The translations under genes were made by a program, and so were the position numbers. This document shows positions 46,869 through 60,208 of a stretch of DNA of 64,000 nucleotides, in pieces. How positions within the stretch are numbered: the stretch's first letter is position 1; every line of letters begins with the position of its first letter. The DNA is from Patescibacteria group bacterium (GTDB lineage Bacteria > Patescibacteriota > Patescibacteriia > UBA1558 > GWA2-36-10), in contig JBAZSG010000002.1 in NCBI GenBank assembly GCA_041662585.1, positions 81,525 to 145,524 of the forward strand, written 5' to 3'. Below the pieces are notes generated by a model. It had not been told where the DNA came from. It was given only the letters and a program-made list of their open reading frames with translations, and made no database searches.

Positions 46869-48295
46869 CGATTTAAAAATATATTTTTAAGATTTTGTTT
46901 GCTAACTGTTTTAAATAAAATAAGTAATATTAGATATAAAAACCAAGCTAATAAAATAACAAATATTATATTATGGGCTTGCAACATCCAAGCTAGCCAA
47001 AAACTAAGTACTCCAGCTATAAGACTTTTATATAAAACTTTAAAATTTATTTTTAGCTCAATATTGCGTCTAGCTACTCGCCAAGCAAAAATTACTATCA
47101 ACCATTCGACCAGCAAAGTAATATAAGCTGCTCCCCAATAAGAATAAGTGGGAATAAATATAAAATAGCCTATCAAGGCTATGATAGCAGCCCATAAAAA
47201 ATATTTTATCATTTGTTTTTGAGCATCAAGAGCTACTATCAAATATATAAAAAGTGTCCCAAAAAATATTCCTACTGTAGCTAAAATTAACACATTGAGT
47301 ATTGGTCCAGAAGAAGCAAATTCTTCTCCAGCTAACTTTATCATCAATGGCTTAGAAACTAGCCAAGTACTAAAAAGCATAGCTATAGATAATACAGAAA
47401 AAAAATCAAAACTATATTGAAAACTATCATTTAATTGTTTTATTTTTTTGGCTACCCAAGAAGCTGTAAAAATTGGCAAAATTAAAGACATAAACATGTG
47501 TGGAAAGGTAGCCATGACTTCCAGTACTCTATATGGTGCCCCATATAAACCCACTTCTTCTGGTGAGCGATAAGCTGATAACACAAGAGTATCGGCCTTA
47601 AAATACAATAAATTTAAGACTACGGTAATAGCCAATGGCCAAGAACGATGCCATACTACTTTCCAATAAGTAAAATCCCAAGCCAAAGATAATTTTGCAT
47701 GTTTGCGTATAAAAAATAAAAGCAAAATAAATGCTAAGGCCATAGTAATAGCGTTTCCCCAAAGAATGGCATTGAGAGAAAAACCATAGATAAATAAATA
47801 AAGTAAAAAACCAGCATAAAGTAGCTTATTTACAAAATCGACTATAGCTACTCTAGCCATATCCAATTTTTTAGAAAAAACTGCTGCTAAAGTTGCCATT
47901 AGAGTTTGAAAAAAGAAGGTTCCCATAAACAATATCACGCCCAGTTTGACTTCATGGCTATACGGAAAAAACTGAACAACAATTGGAATGAGAATCAACA
48001 TGACCAAAGAAGAAATAACTCTAATAGTAAATATATTATTTATTATTTTATTTTCACTAATGCTATCTTTGACAGCTGAAATCTCTCGAAGCATGGCCAC
48101 ATAAAGCCCCAGGTCTGCCAAAATAGCAAAAATCTGAACAAAGGCAAAGATAGTGGTGTAATAACCAAAACCAGCTTGCCCCAACATACGAGTAATCAAA
48201 GCCAAAGAAAAAACGCCAATAAAAATATTGACGATTCGAATAACAACTTGCCAAAGAGTATTGGTAAATATTTTATTTGCTGTAGACATACTCAA
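46865..48295 (-). CDS. polysaccharide/oligosaccharide flippase (MOP superfamily, Wzx/MurJ-like)
   Basis: 476 aa, about 14 TM helices. N-terminus NTLWQVVIRIVNIFIGVFSLALITRMLG typical of PST-family exporters. Confidence 0.6.
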   Translation of the reverse strand: MSMSTANKIFTNTLWQVVIRIVNIFIGVFSLALITRMLGQAGFGYYTTIFAFVQIFAILADLGLYVAMLREISAVKDSISENKIINNIFTIRVISSLVMLILIPIVVQFFPYSHEVKLGVILFMGTFFFQTLMATLAAVFSKKLDMARVAIVDFVNKLLYAGFLLYLFIYGFSLNAILWGNAITMALAFILLLFFIRKHAKLSLAWDFTYWKVVWHRSWPLAITVVLNLLYFKADTLVLSAYRSPEEVGLYGAPYRVLEVMATFPHMFMSLILPIFTASWVAKKIKQLNDSFQYSFDFFSVLSIAMLFSTWLVSKPLMIKLAGEEFASSGPILNVLILATVGIFFGTLFIYLIVALDAQKQMIKYFLWAAIIALIGYFIFIPTYSYWGAAYITLLVEWLIVIFAWRVARRNIELKINFKVLYKSLIAGVLSFWLAWMLQAHNIIFVILLAWFLYLILLILFKTVSKQNLKNIFLNR

Positions 48296-48332
48296 ATTAT
48301 ACTAATAAAAACAAATTAAAACAATCCTAAAA

Positions 48333-48357
48333 ACACCCCTGTTCAGGGGTGTTTTTT
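48333..48357. terminator. intrinsic terminator after recA (CACCCCTG-TTCA-GGGGTG + T-runs on both strands)
   Basis: GC-rich stem between the recA stop and the flippase start. Confidence 0.65.
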
Positions 48358-48366
48358 ATATTTGTA

Positions 48367-49371
48367 TTATTCAGTGGCTTTATGTTCTTTCCAAATCTTA
48401 GATCTTATTTCAGCTAATAATTTTTTGTCAGCTCGTAAAAAAGCTTTAGCTGTTTCTCGTCCTACTCCTAGCTTTGTTTCACCATAACTATATGAATTAC
48501 CAGATTTGGTAATCACTCCAAAGGCTAGCCCCGTATCCAACACATCGCCAGCCACTGAAATACCTTCGTTGTACATAATGTCAAAACTAGTAGTCTTAAA
48601 TGGAGCGGCCACTTTATTTTTTACTACTTTGGCATTTACTTGATTACCAATTATTTTTTCACCTTGTTTTATTTGAGCAGATCTTCTTACTTCAATTCTG
48701 ACCGAAGCATAAAATTTTAGTGCATTACCACCAGTTGTTGTTTCTGGATTGCCAAATACTACGCCAATTTTCATTCTAATTTGATTGATAAAAATAACTG
48801 TAGTATCACTCTTGTGCACTATACCAGCCAATTTTCTAAGCGCCTGACTCATAAGTCGGGCTTGAAGACCCATATGAGAATCTCCCATGTCTCCGTCTAT
48901 TTCTTTTTGGGGTACTAGAGCGGCCACGGAGTCAATCACAATAACATCTATGCCCCCTGAACGCACTAGAGTCTCTACAATTTCCAAAGCTTGCTCGCCC
49001 GTATCTGGCTGAGAGATAAGCATCTTATCAATATCAACACCAATCTTTTTGGCATACTCTGGATCTAAGGCATGCTCAGCATCAACAAAAGCAGCTATGC
49101 CACCCTCTTTTTGAGACTGGGCAACTATGTGTTGAGCCAAAGTTGTTTTTCCAGAAGATTCTGGACCATAAATCTCAATAATTCTGCCTCTTGGTACGCC
49201 TCCAACTCCCAAAGCAATATCCAATGACAAACAACTAGTACTAATAGCTTTGACATCCATGGCTTTAGCCTCGCCCAAATTCATGATTGAGCCCTCACCA
49301 AAACGAGCTCTAATTTGATCAATGGCGTTTTTGGTTGCCTGACCAAAATCTTCTTTTGTCTTCTTGACCAT
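48367..49371 (-). CDS. recA: recombinase RecA
   Basis: 334 aa. Walker [11 protein letters not shown]1/L2 loop regions, canonical RecA. Confidence 0.95.
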   Translation of the reverse strand: MVKKTKEDFGQATKNAIDQIRARFGEGSIMNLGEAKAMDVKAISTSCLSLDIALGVGGVPRGRIIEIYGPESSGKTTLAQHIVAQSQKEGGIAAFVDAEHALDPEYAKKIGVDIDKMLISQPDTGEQALEIVETLVRSGGIDVIVIDSVAALVPQKEIDGDMGDSHMGLQARLMSQALRKLAGIVHKSDTTVIFINQIRMKIGVVFGNPETTTGGNALKFYASVRIEVRRSAQIKQGEKIIGNQVNAKVVKNKVAAPFKTTSFDIMYNEGISVAGDVLDTGLAFGVITKSGNSYSYGETKLGVGRETAKAFLRADKKLLAEIRSKIWKEHKATE

Positions 49372-49441
49372 ATGTATAATCCTTTCTTTAGAATAGCAAA
49401 CTAGCCTGCTGATGCTTGCTCTATTAATTATATTAATTAAA

Positions 49442-50122
49442 TTATTGTAATGTTTCTCTTAAAATAATAACCTCTACTGTTTTTATCTTACTATGTTTCT
49501 TTTTAACACTTATTTCCAAATTATTCAAACCATTTATCAAATTTATAGTTTGTTCAAATTTACCATCCTCATCCAATAATACCAATTCATTGTTAATAGT
49601 CAACTGTGCCTCTGGTTTTGTTTGTCCTTTTATCAAAACACTAGCCTCTGTAGTTTTAAAATTGTTGGCCGGTTCAAAAATCAAAATATCAGGGGGAGAT
49701 ATTGTATTGTTTATCTCCCATGCCAAATATGATAATAATATTAAAATCAAAAATCCAATGCCCATTGATTTTAATATCTTTGGTTTCAAAATATTGTAAG
49801 GAGAAATGCTATTTGTTTTGACTGTTGGCTTGGTTATTTTGCTTAGTTTGTCACTAACAGATTTTTCTATTTTATAATCCACCAACAACTCCCCAACTTG
49901 CAAACCCAAAAAATCTCCGTATAATTTTAACCAAGCTTTAGAATAAATATCACCAGGTAAATTTTGATAATCCCCACGTTCTAATATTTCCAAATATTTA
50001 ATTTGAATACTAGTTGCTTCTGATGCTTGTTCTAAGGTTTTGTTTTGTTCTAACCTAGCTCGTCTCAGCTTATCGGCCAATGTCTGTGATCGACTTATTT
50101 CCTTTTGTCTAAAACTTGTCAT
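49442..50122 (-). CDS. RodZ-like helix-turn-helix membrane protein
   Basis: 226 aa. N-terminal XRE-type HTH ([30 protein letters not shown]), single TM, C-terminal domain. Confidence 0.5.
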   Translation of the reverse strand: MTSFRQKEISRSQTLADKLRRARLEQNKTLEQASEATSIQIKYLEILERGDYQNLPGDIYSKAWLKLYGDFLGLQVGELLVDYKIEKSVSDKLSKITKPTVKTNSISPYNILKPKILKSMGIGFLILILLSYLAWEINNTISPPDILIFEPANNFKTTEASVLIKGQTKPEAQLTINNELVLLDEDGKFEQTINLINGLNNLEISVKKKHSKIKTVEVIILRETLQ

Positions 50123-50135
50123 ATTAATATACTAT

Positions 50136-52355
50136 CTACTTTTCTTCATCATCTTCTTCTACTCTATGATCTATAGCTTCAGCTTCTATATCTTCTTCAT
50201 CTAATGAAGAAGAAAAATTGTTTTCTAAATCTTCTTGAGAAATCAAAACCTCTCTTGGTTTTGATCCTTCGGCTGGTCCAACTACTCCCATTTCTTCCAA
50301 GATATCAAGTAGTCGAGCTGCTCGAGCATAACCCACTCTCAATCTTCGTTGTAATAATGTAGCCGAAGCCTTACCTGCCTTAATAACTACTTCTTTGGCT
50401 TCTATGGTTAAATCATCATCAAAATCTCCACCTCCACCAAACCCAGCTACAGCTCCTCCTACTTTTTCAGTGACACTTTCATTGTATTCTGGCTCAGCAT
50501 TTTCTTTGAGATAGGCAACTACGTCATTTATTTCTTCGTCTGATACATAGGCTCCTTGAATACGGCGTGGCTTGGAAAGCTCAGCTGTCATAAACAACAT
50601 ATCCCCTTTGCCCAGTAACTTATCGGCTCCCGAAGCGTCTATAATAGTACGAGAATCCATGGCTGAGGCTACAGCAAAAGCAATTCTAGAGGTAATATTA
50701 GCTTTGATAAGACCTGTAATCACGTCTACTGAAGGACGCTGGGTTGCCAAGACCAAATGAATACCAGCTGCTCTACCCAACTGAGCCATAGATACTACTG
50801 CCGCTTCTATTTCTTTGGCGGCCAAAGACATTAGAGCAGCAAATTCATCTACTATAACCACAATGTATGGCAATTTATTTACTATAACTGCTTTGTTATA
50901 ACTTTCTATATTTCGCTTATTAGCCGCTTGTAACAATTTGTATCTTTCTTGCATTTCTTTAACTGTCCAACGCAAAGCATTGATGGCCTTGTCTGTTTCG
51001 TTGACTACTGGAGTAAGTAAGTGAGGAACGTCATTGTAAGCAGAGAGCTCTACGCGCTTGGGATCAATCAAAATAAATTTTAATTCGTCAGGAGAATTTT
51101 GATATATTAAAGAAAGAATAACGTTGTTAATACATACAGATTTGCCAGAACCAGTGGAACCAGCAATCAATAAATGTGGCATTGCCGCTAAATTGGCCAT
51201 GATAGCATTGCCAGCTACATCTTTCCCCAATGACAAATACAAATTATTTTTTCTTTTCTGATAGGTACTACTTTCTAATATTTCTCTTAATTTTACTGTG
51301 GAGACTGCTCGGTTTGGTACCTCTACGCCTACCAATGATTTACCAGGGATTGGCGCTTCCATACGAAGTGGATGAGCAGCCAAGGCTAAGGCCAAATCAT
51401 TTTGTAGAGTAAGCATTTGAGATAGTCTTACTCCTTCGGCTGGACGAAGAGTGTATTGAGTGACAGTGGGTCCCACATTGACCTCTCCCATAGTCACATC
51501 TATACCAAAATTTTCAAAAGTCTTTTGTATTTTGTTCATGTTGGCATTGACATCCCCCGAATCAGGTTTAGAGCTAGATTTGGAAAGCAAATCAACCGGA
51601 ACTATTATTTTTTTTCTTATTTTTTTAACTGGTATAACTGCTTCCACATCTTCATCTTTATCTTTGCTATTTAATAATTCATCTACTGGCATTTCCTCAA
51701 CTACATCGTCAAGATCTTCTATATTTTCTTCCATGTCTTTGTCTAAAGCAAAATCTTCCTGTTCTTCTACTTCTTCAGCCATATAATTGTCATCCTGATC
51801 TGGTAAAAATTTTTCTTTAATAATGCCCAGAGTTTTGGCTCTTTCCATTATAGCTAAAAAAGAAGTATTAAAGCCTAAAAATACCCCAATAAAAAATATA
51901 GCCAAAAGTATAATTAATGTTCCCCAAAAACCCAAAACACTAATACTATAATTGGTGATAAAATAACCAATTAGACCACCACCTCGCCCCTGAGAACTAA
52001 TCTCTGAAAGAGTAAAGTCTAATACAAAAAAATGTAAAATACCCGAAAAAGATAATAGTATTAGTGACAAACCAATATAAGTTGGTATCCGAATACCATA
52101 AATACCACTTTTCATTAAAATATATACCAACCACAAAAGTACTATTATAAATAACCAAACTCCCCAACCAAATAAATAAGCCAAAGCAAAATCTAAAACC
52201 CTACCAATGTAGCCAGCCATATCAAACATAGATAATAGACTTAGAGCTGCTAAAGTAAATAAGATTATTATAAAAATTGCCCTTTTGGTCTCTGGCTTTA
52301 AGCCCATCATCTCTTCATCTTCCTGATAATAAGCTTGTTTTTTTCTTTTGGCCAT
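50136..52355 (-). CDS. ftsK: DNA translocase FtsK
   Basis: 739 aa. N-terminal 4 TM helices, acidic linker, FtsK/SpoIIIE motor (IAGSTGSGKSV Walker A), C-terminal gamma wHTH domain. Confidence 0.9.
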   Translation of the reverse strand: MAKRKKQAYYQEDEEMMGLKPETKRAIFIIILFTLAALSLLSMFDMAGYIGRVLDFALAYLFGWGVWLFIIVLLWLVYILMKSGIYGIRIPTYIGLSLILLSFSGILHFFVLDFTLSEISSQGRGGGLIGYFITNYSISVLGFWGTLIILLAIFFIGVFLGFNTSFLAIMERAKTLGIIKEKFLPDQDDNYMAEEVEEQEDFALDKDMEENIEDLDDVVEEMPVDELLNSKDKDEDVEAVIPVKKIRKKIIVPVDLLSKSSSKPDSGDVNANMNKIQKTFENFGIDVTMGEVNVGPTVTQYTLRPAEGVRLSQMLTLQNDLALALAAHPLRMEAPIPGKSLVGVEVPNRAVSTVKLREILESSTYQKRKNNLYLSLGKDVAGNAIMANLAAMPHLLIAGSTGSGKSVCINNVILSLIYQNSPDELKFILIDPKRVELSAYNDVPHLLTPVVNETDKAINALRWTVKEMQERYKLLQAANKRNIESYNKAVIVNKLPYIVVIVDEFAALMSLAAKEIEAAVVSMAQLGRAAGIHLVLATQRPSVDVITGLIKANITSRIAFAVASAMDSRTIIDASGADKLLGKGDMLFMTAELSKPRRIQGAYVSDEEINDVVAYLKENAEPEYNESVTEKVGGAVAGFGGGGDFDDDLTIEAKEVVIKAGKASATLLQRRLRVGYARAARLLDILEEMGVVGPAEGSKPREVLISQEDLENNFSSSLDEEDIEAEAIDHRVEEDDEEK

Positions 52356-52425
52356 TCTTTTATACTGATTAATAACGTTGAGTATATTTTATCATATTTA
52401 TAGATAAAAATAAATCATTTATAAA

Positions 52426-52453
52426 ATACAAAAACCCCCTAAAATAGGGGGTT
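52426..52453 (-). terminator. intrinsic terminator after rpoC (AACCCCCT-ATTTT-AGGGGGTT + T-run on the minus strand)
   Basis: 8-bp stem read on the reverse complement. Confidence 0.6.
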
Positions 52454-52468
52454 TTCTTAGAAAAATTT

Positions 52469-55400
52469 TTATTTATTATGCCTAAAGCCTGTACCAGCTG
52501 GAATTTTTCTACCAATTATTACATTTTCTTTAAGTCCTCTTAAGTGATCTACTTTTCCAGATATTGCCGCATCAATTAATACTCTAGCTGTTTCTTGAAA
52601 AGATGCTGCTGATAAGAAAGAGTCCGATGTCAGGGCTGCTTTGGTAATGCCCAAAAGCAAGGTGTCTCCAGTAGCCTTTTCTCCTTTAGTAGCCAAGTTG
52701 GCTTCTTCAAATTGAGTAGAAGTCACTACCTCGCCTGGTAAAAGATCTGTATCTCCAATTTCTTTTATCAAAATTCTAGAAAACATCTGCTTAACAATTA
52801 ATTCTACGTGCTTGTCATTTAGATTTTGTCCTTGGGAAGAATAAATATGTTTAATCTCTCTAATAATATATTTTTGTACACTCAATTTATCTTTCAGGTC
52901 ATACAATTCTTTTAGCTCAATACTACCTTCGGTAATTTGCTGACCTTCTTCAACCAAGTCATTGTTTTTTATCCAAAGATTGTAACCAGCTGGAATAATA
53001 ACTTCTTGCATACTACCAGCCTTACTAATGACTTTTAATTTTTTATCAGTCAATTTGACTAGGCCGTCTAATTTTGTACGAACCTTATCTTTTTTGTCCA
53101 TAAAAATTACTTGGTCTACTTCTACTTCTTGTCCGTCTTTAACTTTAATTTCTATGTCGTCGGTCAAATCATATTCTTCAATCCTGGTTTCTTGTGGTTT
53201 GATATAAATAATTCTTTGCTCTTTGCTGATTAATTTATTATCGTCGTCAATATGCACCGTACCGGAAATTGGAGCCAAAATAGATTTTTTCTTTGGTTGA
53301 CGAGATTCAAATAACTCTTCTACACGAGGCAAACCTTGTGTAATGTCTGCTTCGGCTACACCCCCAGTATGAAAAGTTCTCATAGTAAGCTGAGTGCCCG
53401 GTTCACCAATACTTTGTGCAGCCACAATACCTACTGCTGTACCAATTTTTACCAACTCATTAAAGCCCAAATCAAAACCATAACATTTTTGACATGCTCC
53501 TCTAATAGATTTACATGACAAAAGTGATCGAATTTTGACTTGTTCTGGATCAGCCTTATCAATGGCCTCAGATATTTCTTTGGTGACCAAAGTATTTTTC
53601 TTGATCAAAACTTTTTTAGTTTTAGGATCTACTATATCTTCTAATAAGACGCGACCAATGGTTCTCTCGGTTAAGGTTTCGTTCAATTCTTGACTTTCTT
53701 TCTTGGTAATAATCAATCCATCTTTGTCTTTACAATCAGCTTCCAAAATAACCATATCTTGAGATACATCTACCAAACGACGAGTAAGATACCCAGCATT
53801 AGCTGTACGAAGAGCTGTATCAGAAAGTCCTTTACGTGTACCATGAGTAGAAATAAAGTATTCTAGTACATCTAAGCCTTCTTGAAAGTTGGCTTTAACT
53901 GGCAACTCAATAATTTCACCAGCTGGGTTGATAACCAAACCCTTCATACCCATAATTTGAATCATCTGTGACCATGAACCACGAGCCCCAGACTCAATAA
54001 TAGAAGCTACTGAATTTTTTGAATCAAATGTTCCTTGAGCTTTATCATAAATTCTATTTTTAATCTCATTCCAAACCTCAATAACTTTGATATATCGTTC
54101 GTTGTTGGTTAAAAGCCCTTGATTATATTGTTCTTTAATAACCAAAACCCTAGCTTCACCTTCTTTAATCAGCTCTTTTTTCTCCTTTAATTTTGGAATG
54201 TCGTCCATTCCCCAAGAAGAACCAGAGGTAGTAATATACTCAAAAGCAATATCTTTAATATCATCAAGTAAAGCTACTGTTATATCATGAGATAAAGTAC
54301 GAAAAGCTAAGGCTACTATATTTTTTAAACCTTTTTTATCTAAAGTTTTATTAACATATTCCAAATCTTTTGGTAGTATTCTGTTAAATAATACTCGGCC
54401 CACGCTAGTTTCCAAAATTTGATTTTTGGCTCTAGCCACTCTTACTTTTATCAAATCTTGTAAAGAAACTACCCCCAAAGCAAAGGCTCTTTCGGCCTCA
54501 TCTTCATCGGCAAAAACTTTTTTAACCTTGGCCTGAGGATCAATATAAGTAAGATAATATCCGCCCCAAACAATATCTTGGTTTGGCACAGCCACTGGAT
54601 CACCGGTAGCTGGCTTTAAAAGATTATTAGATGAAAGCATCAAATTGCCAACTTCTTCTTTGGCTTCTTCAGTTAGAGGAACATGGACTGCCATTTGGTC
54701 ACCGTCAAAGTCAGCGTTAAAAGCAGAACATACCAATGGGTGAAGTTGAATAGCCTTCCCTTCTATAAGCGTTGGTTGAAAAGCCTGAATACCCAAACGA
54801 TGCAAAGTAGGAGCACGATTCAACATAACATTGGCCACTCTGACTACATCTTCTAGTATTTCCCAAACTTCTGGATGACCAGCTTCAATAAATCTATTGG
54901 CACTTCTAACATTGTGGACCAACTCATCTTTTATCAAACGAGAAATCACAAATGGTCTAAAAAGTTCTAAAGCCATTGTCTTGGGCAAACCACATTGATA
55001 AATTTTGAGATGAGGTCCAACAACTATTACAGATCTACCAGAATAATCAACACGTTTACCAAGTAAGTTTTGTCTAAAACGACCCTGCTTACCCTTTAAC
55101 ATGTCAGCAATACTTTTTAGGGATCTTTTTTGTCCAGTAGAAGCAGTGACTGTTTTTCCTTGACGAGCATTATTATCAATCAAAGCATCAACAGCTTCTT
55201 GAAGCATCCTTTTTTCATTTCGTTGAATTACTTCTGGCGCACTCAAGTCTTTTAATCTTTTAAGACGATTATTTCTATTGATAACTCGTCTATACAAATC
55301 ATTTAAATCAGAAGAGGCAAAGCGTCCACCGTCCAACTGAACCATCGGTCTAAGATCTGGTGGAATAACTGGCAAAGCAGTCATGATCATCCACTCTGGA

Positions 55401-56356
55401 CGTATTTTATTTATCAAAAGACTTTTAATAAGTCTGGAGCGTCGTATCAATTTTTTTCTTTTGGAAGCAATAGAAGAGTTTACTTCGGCTTCTAGAGCTT
55501 CGTACAATTCTTTGAGATCTACTTTTTTTAATAAATCTCTGATAGCTTCTCCACCAATACCAGCCTCAAAAACATGACCATAGCGCAAAGCTAGCTCCTG
55601 ATATTTTGTTTCAGAAACAATCTGTAAAAGTTTTAACTCGCGCAATTCTTTAAGAGCTGTTTCAGCCGCTTCTTCTAAAGTTTTGATTTTATCAATCTTG
55701 GCAACATTTAAATTCATCAAATCTTGCTCAATTTGCTTGGCTGTCTTTTCTTTGTCTTGACCATCAGCTAATAGCTTGGTTTTGAGATTATTTACTTCTT
55801 GAGACCTTTGATTAAATTCATTATCAATTTGTTTACGCTTACCTTTAAGCTCGCTTTTGATTTGTTCTATAGTTTCTTTACGAGCCTCTTCATCAACATG
55901 AGTAACTATAAAACTAGCAAAATAAATAACTTTTTCTAGAGCCTGAATACTAAGATCTAATACTAGACCAATTTTGGAAGGGATGCCTCGTAAAAACCAA
56001 ATATGAGATACTGGTGCGGCCAAATCAATGTGCCCCATTCTTTCACGACGAACTTGAGCACGAGTCACTTCTACTCCACACTTGTCACAAGTAATTCCTT
56101 TGTAGCGAATTCTTTTGTACTTTCCACAATAACATTCCCAATCTTTGGTCGGTCCAAATATTTTTTCACAAAACAAGCCATCTTTTTCTGGTTTTTGAGT
56201 ACGATAATTGATAGTCTCTGGCTTTACAACTTCGCCATATGACCAATCATGAATATCTTCAGCTGAGGCTAATTTTAACTTAATGGCATCAAACTCTAAA
56301 ACTGTAGTTTTTTCTCTAGCCATAAATGTTGTTTTTGTTGATGATGGAGTAGGCAT
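52469..56356 (-). CDS. rpoC: DNA-directed RNA polymerase subunit beta'
   Basis: 1295 aa. Zn-binding CxxC N-terminus, NADFDGD catalytic motif, trigger loop and jaw regions. Confidence 0.97.
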   Translation of the reverse strand: MPTPSSTKTTFMAREKTTVLEFDAIKLKLASAEDIHDWSYGEVVKPETINYRTQKPEKDGLFCEKIFGPTKDWECYCGKYKRIRYKGITCDKCGVEVTRAQVRRERMGHIDLAAPVSHIWFLRGIPSKIGLVLDLSIQALEKVIYFASFIVTHVDEEARKETIEQIKSELKGKRKQIDNEFNQRSQEVNNLKTKLLADGQDKEKTAKQIEQDLMNLNVAKIDKIKTLEEAAETALKELRELKLLQIVSETKYQELALRYGHVFEAGIGGEAIRDLLKKVDLKELYEALEAEVNSSIASKRKKLIRRSRLIKSLLINKIRPEWMIMTALPVIPPDLRPMVQLDGGRFASSDLNDLYRRVINRNNRLKRLKDLSAPEVIQRNEKRMLQEAVDALIDNNARQGKTVTASTGQKRSLKSIADMLKGKQGRFRQNLLGKRVDYSGRSVIVVGPHLKIYQCGLPKTMALELFRPFVISRLIKDELVHNVRSANRFIEAGHPEVWEILEDVVRVANVMLNRAPTLHRLGIQAFQPTLIEGKAIQLHPLVCSAFNADFDGDQMAVHVPLTEEAKEEVGNLMLSSNNLLKPATGDPVAVPNQDIVWGGYYLTYIDPQAKVKKVFADEDEAERAFALGVVSLQDLIKVRVARAKNQILETSVGRVLFNRILPKDLEYVNKTLDKKGLKNIVALAFRTLSHDITVALLDDIKDIAFEYITTSGSSWGMDDIPKLKEKKELIKEGEARVLVIKEQYNQGLLTNNERYIKVIEVWNEIKNRIYDKAQGTFDSKNSVASIIESGARGSWSQMIQIMGMKGLVINPAGEIIELPVKANFQEGLDVLEYFISTHGTRKGLSDTALRTANAGYLTRRLVDVSQDMVILEADCKDKDGLIITKKESQELNETLTERTIGRVLLEDIVDPKTKKVLIKKNTLVTKEISEAIDKADPEQVKIRSLLSCKSIRGACQKCYGFDLGFNELVKIGTAVGIVAAQSIGEPGTQLTMRTFHTGGVAEADITQGLPRVEELFESRQPKKKSILAPISGTVHIDDDNKLISKEQRIIYIKPQETRIEEYDLTDDIEIKVKDGQEVEVDQVIFMDKKDKVRTKLDGLVKLTDKKLKVISKAGSMQEVIIPAGYNLWIKNNDLVEEGQQITEGSIELKELYDLKDKLSVQKYIIREIKHIYSSQGQNLNDKHVELIVKQMFSRILIKEIGDTDLLPGEVVTSTQFEEANLATKGEKATGDTLLLGITKAALTSDSFLSAASFQETARVLIDAAISGKVDHLRGLKENVIIGRKIPAGTGFRHNK

Positions 56357-56383
56357 ATTTTTATATAATTTATATTTTCAAAA

Positions 56384-59300
56384 CTATTCTTTAGAATCTT
56401 CTACCAGCATACGTGTTTCATCGGTATCATTTACTATAGGAGCCTCGTCATCTAATGTCTCCCTAATTTTAGTATCCACATCTTCTACTTCTGTTTCTCT
56501 TTTGCCAATCAGCTCAACTTCCAAGCCCAAGCCTTTGAGCTCTCTGACTAGCACATTAAATGATTCTGGAATATTTAATCTATTTATTGGTTCACCTTTA
56601 ATAATAGCTTCGTAAGCCTTGGCTCTACCTGGTACATCATCCGATTTGATAGTAATCATTTCTTGAAGAGTATTAGCCGCTCCATAAGCTTCAAGCGCCC
56701 AAACTTCCATCTCTCCAAATCTTTGACCACCAAACTGAGCTTTACCTCCCAAAGGTTGTTGGGTAACCAAAGAGTACGGTCCAATAGATCTTTGGTGAAT
56801 CTTATCTTCAACCAAGTGATTCAATTTCAACATGTAGGCTACACCCACCGTGGTTTTATTATCAAATGGTTTGCCGGTGCGACCATCAAAAAGTTGTAGT
56901 TTGCCGTCTTCTGGCCAACCAGCTCTTTTGAGCTCAGACCTGATCATTGATTCATCTACACCATCAAGGGGTGGACTAGCTACTTTATAACCTAAGGTTC
57001 TAGCAGCCAAGCCCAAGTGAGTTTCTAATAATTGGCCGAGGTTCATACGGGAAATAACACCCAATGGATTCAAAATAATATCTACTGGAGTACCATCTTC
57101 TAAAAATGGCATATCTTCTATTGGCACCACACGAGAAATAACGCCTTTGTTTCCATGGCGTCCAGCCATTTTGTCACCAACTTGTATTTTTCTAAGTTGG
57201 GCAATAGTAATCTGAATTGTCTTGATGACTCCAGCTGGCAACTTATCTCCCTTATCACGAGAAAATACTTTTATACCAATTACCTTTCCTCTTTCTCCGT
57301 GTTTTAAATAAAGTGAAGTATCGCGTACATCTTTGGCTTTTTCACCAAAAATAGCGCGAAGCAATTTTTCTTCAGCTGACAGTTCTGTTTCACCTTTGGG
57401 GGTAATCTTACCAACCAAAATATCGCCTGAAGAAACATTGGCTCCAATTCGCACTATACCTTCTCTATCCAAATCTTTTAATTTTTCTTCAGATACATTT
57501 GGTATATCTCGGGTCAATACCTCTGGTCCAAGTTTGGTGTCACGAATATCAATAGAATAATCTTCAATGCTAACTGAAGTATAATTATCATTTTTAACTA
57601 CGCGTTGAGATATCAAAATAGCATCTTCGTAGTTTCCACCATCCCAGGTCATATAAGCTACCAGCATGTTTTGTCCCAAAGCTAGCTCACCTTGATCAGT
57701 AGCGGCTCCATCAGCCAAAGCTACGCCTTTTTTGACCTTTTCATCTTTATCTACTATTGGGTGTTGATTCATACTAGTAGAAGTATTGGAACGAGCAAAT
57801 TTGTTTAAATTGTAAATTATAGTTTCGCCTTTTTTATTGGTAACTTCAATACGACGACTATCAACATAAGTCACGTCTCCATCCTCTTTGGCTACTACAA
57901 CCTGCCCACTATCAATAGCTGCTTTAGCTTCAATACCAGTACCGACAATTGGCGCTTGTGGTCTAATGACTGAAACAGCTTGTCGTTGCATGTTTGTGCC
58001 CATCAAAGCTCTGACTGCATCATCATGTTCCAAAAATGGAATCATAGCTGTAGCAATAGAAATAATTTGGTGTGGAGCTACATCCATAAAATCAATTTTT
58101 TCCACTCTATCAAAAGTTGGATTACCATTGATTCTAATTTCAGCAAAATCTTCTACAAAATAACCATGGTCATCAATAGGTGTTGTAGCGGCAGCTGTAT
58201 TGTATTTTTCTTCCTCAAATGCATCAACGTATCTAATCTCATTGGTTACCATTGGTTTGATGGCCACTGTTTCTATTTCTTTATATTTGGCCAATTCTTT
58301 GGCTTGAGTAGCATTGATTTTTTGACCTTGGGCTACAATAAGTTTTTTGCCGTCTGGAGTCTTGATATCAGCTCTAGCAATTTTGTCAGTAGTAATTTTT
58401 GGATCATTATCTACATCATGTAAAACTATACGATATGGAGTTTCTATAAAACCAAAGTCATTTACTCTAGCATAAGATGCCAAGTGTCCTACCAAACCAA
58501 TATTTGGACCTTCTGGAGTAGCTATAGGACAAATACGACCATAGTGAGTACGGTGTACATCACGCACCTCAAAACCAGCTCTTTCTCTAGACAGACCTCC
58601 TGGCCCCATGGCAGACAAACGTCTTTTGTGCTCTAACTCAGCCAAAGGATTTACTTGATCCATGAACTGAGAAAGCTGAGAGCTCATAAAAAATTCTTTA
58701 ATAACACCAATAACCGGACGAGAATTTATAAGTTGGTTGGGATTGATATTGCCCATATCCAAAGTACTCATACGATCTTTGATGATTCTTTCCATACGAG
58801 CCAAACCAATACGAAACCTATTTTGAACCAATTCTCCAATCGCTCTAACCCGACGATTGCCAAGATGATCAATATCATCGGCATCGTGTTGAGAAAGATT
58901 TAATTTGATAATCTCTTTTACTACCAAAATTAAGTCCTCTTTGCGTAATACTCTAGTGGTTTTGTCATTGGGAATATCCAATGAAAAACGAGCATTAATT
59001 TTATATCTTCCTACTCTACCAAAATCATATCTATCAAAATCAAAAAACATGGAGTGAATAAGACTACGAGCATTTTCGGTAGTGGCCAAGTCTCCTGGAC
59101 GAATACGACGATAGATTTCTTTTAAACCTTCAGCTTCGTTGCTAGAAGTATCCTTGTCTAAAGTCTTTTTAATAAATTTAACTTCTGGATGCGTGTCTAC
59201 GTCTTTAAATAATTCAATTATTTCTTCGTCAGAAAAATATCCAAAGGCACGCAACAATGCTGTAACTGGCACCTTTCTTTTTCTATCAATCTTTACATAG

Positions 59301-59824
59301 ATAATACCGTTGACATCGGTTTCAATTTCAAGCCATGCACCACGATTTGGAATAAGCTTGGCTCCATAATATTTTCTACCCCTAAGAATTTGAGAAGTAA
59401 AAAATACCCCAGCTGATCTAATCAGCTGAGAAACTATTACACGCTCAACACCATTGATAATAAAAGTTCCTCTTTCGGTCATCAAAGGAAAATCGCCAAG
59501 GTAAACTTCTTGTTCTTTGACTTCGTTGGTTCTTTTATTTACCAAGCGTACATTTACTCGAAGCGGCGCTTCATAAGAAATGTTTTTATTTTTAGCTTGA
59601 GCTTCGTCAAATTTTGGCTCATCCAAATAATAATCTACAAAAGAAAGCTGTAAATCACGACCAATAAAATCTGTAACTGGTGAAATTTCATCAAAAAGTT
59701 CTTTGAGACCTTCCACAAAAAACCAATCATATGATTTCTTTTGGACTTCGACTAAGTCTGTAAGAGGTATTGCTTCTCGTAAGTGGGTAAAATACTTACG
59801 AGTAGGAGTTTTTACTTGGGGCAT
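56384..59824 (-). CDS. rpoB: DNA-directed RNA polymerase subunit beta
   Basis: 1146 aa. Conserved rpoB blocks ([14 protein letters not shown] etc.). Confidence 0.97.
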   Translation of the reverse strand: MPQVKTPTRKYFTHLREAIPLTDLVEVQKKSYDWFFVEGLKELFDEISPVTDFIGRDLQLSFVDYYLDEPKFDEAQAKNKNISYEAPLRVNVRLVNKRTNEVKEQEVYLGDFPLMTERGTFIINGVERVIVSQLIRSAGVFFTSQILRGRKYYGAKLIPNRGAWLEIETDVNGIIYVKIDRKRKVPVTALLRAFGYFSDEEIIELFKDVDTHPEVKFIKKTLDKDTSSNEAEGLKEIYRRIRPGDLATTENARSLIHSMFFDFDRYDFGRVGRYKINARFSLDIPNDKTTRVLRKEDLILVVKEIIKLNLSQHDADDIDHLGNRRVRAIGELVQNRFRIGLARMERIIKDRMSTLDMGNINPNQLINSRPVIGVIKEFFMSSQLSQFMDQVNPLAELEHKRRLSAMGPGGLSRERAGFEVRDVHRTHYGRICPIATPEGPNIGLVGHLASYARVNDFGFIETPYRIVLHDVDNDPKITTDKIARADIKTPDGKKLIVAQGQKINATQAKELAKYKEIETVAIKPMVTNEIRYVDAFEEEKYNTAAATTPIDDHGYFVEDFAEIRINGNPTFDRVEKIDFMDVAPHQIISIATAMIPFLEHDDAVRALMGTNMQRQAVSVIRPQAPIVGTGIEAKAAIDSGQVVVAKEDGDVTYVDSRRIEVTNKKGETIIYNLNKFARSNTSTSMNQHPIVDKDEKVKKGVALADGAATDQGELALGQNMLVAYMTWDGGNYEDAILISQRVVKNDNYTSVSIEDYSIDIRDTKLGPEVLTRDIPNVSEEKLKDLDREGIVRIGANVSSGDILVGKITPKGETELSAEEKLLRAIFGEKAKDVRDTSLYLKHGERGKVIGIKVFSRDKGDKLPAGVIKTIQITIAQLRKIQVGDKMAGRHGNKGVISRVVPIEDMPFLEDGTPVDIILNPLGVISRMNLGQLLETHLGLAARTLGYKVASPPLDGVDESMIRSELKRAGWPEDGKLQLFDGRTGKPFDNKTTVGVAYMLKLNHLVEDKIHQRSIGPYSLVTQQPLGGKAQFGGQRFGEMEVWALEAYGAANTLQEMITIKSDDVPGRAKAYEAIIKGEPINRLNIPESFNVLVRELKGLGLEVELIGKRETEVEDVDTKIRETLDDEAPIVNDTDETRMLVEDSKE

Positions 59825-60208
59825 AAAGATAACGCTAATTATATTGATTAATTAGCCTCCTAGATTTGGGGCTTTATATTGCAAGATGAATTATGAGCAC
59901 AAAAAATAAACTCACCCTATTTTCGGGTCAGTTATTATATTTATTTTTATTTAAAATAGGCTTGGGGCCAAAAATTTCATAGCCCAATATTATCAAATTT
60001 GAGCTCCAATGTCAATAGCTAGACCCATAAAATTACAAATTTAAATCTTTTTAAACAAAAAATAGCTAATATTAGCTATTTGGTATGTATATACAGATGG
60101 AAAAAAATGTCAAATTAACCTATTTTAAGCTTATTATATGCACATATATAGCTACTTACCGACAAGTTATCCACATTAGCTAGTGATATATAAACAAACT
60201 TTTCGATT

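Noticed and set aside
59825-60208. 384-bp gap upstream of rpoB scanned for RNase P RNA, tmRNA, SRP RNA or a riboswitch
   Set aside because: None of the universally conserved motifs (e.g. RNase P GGAAAGUCCGG / AGGGUGAAA, SRP GGAAG...GCAG helix, tmRNA tRNA-like ends) were found by eye. Most likely the rpoBC promoter/leader region. An Infernal scan would be needed to be sure.
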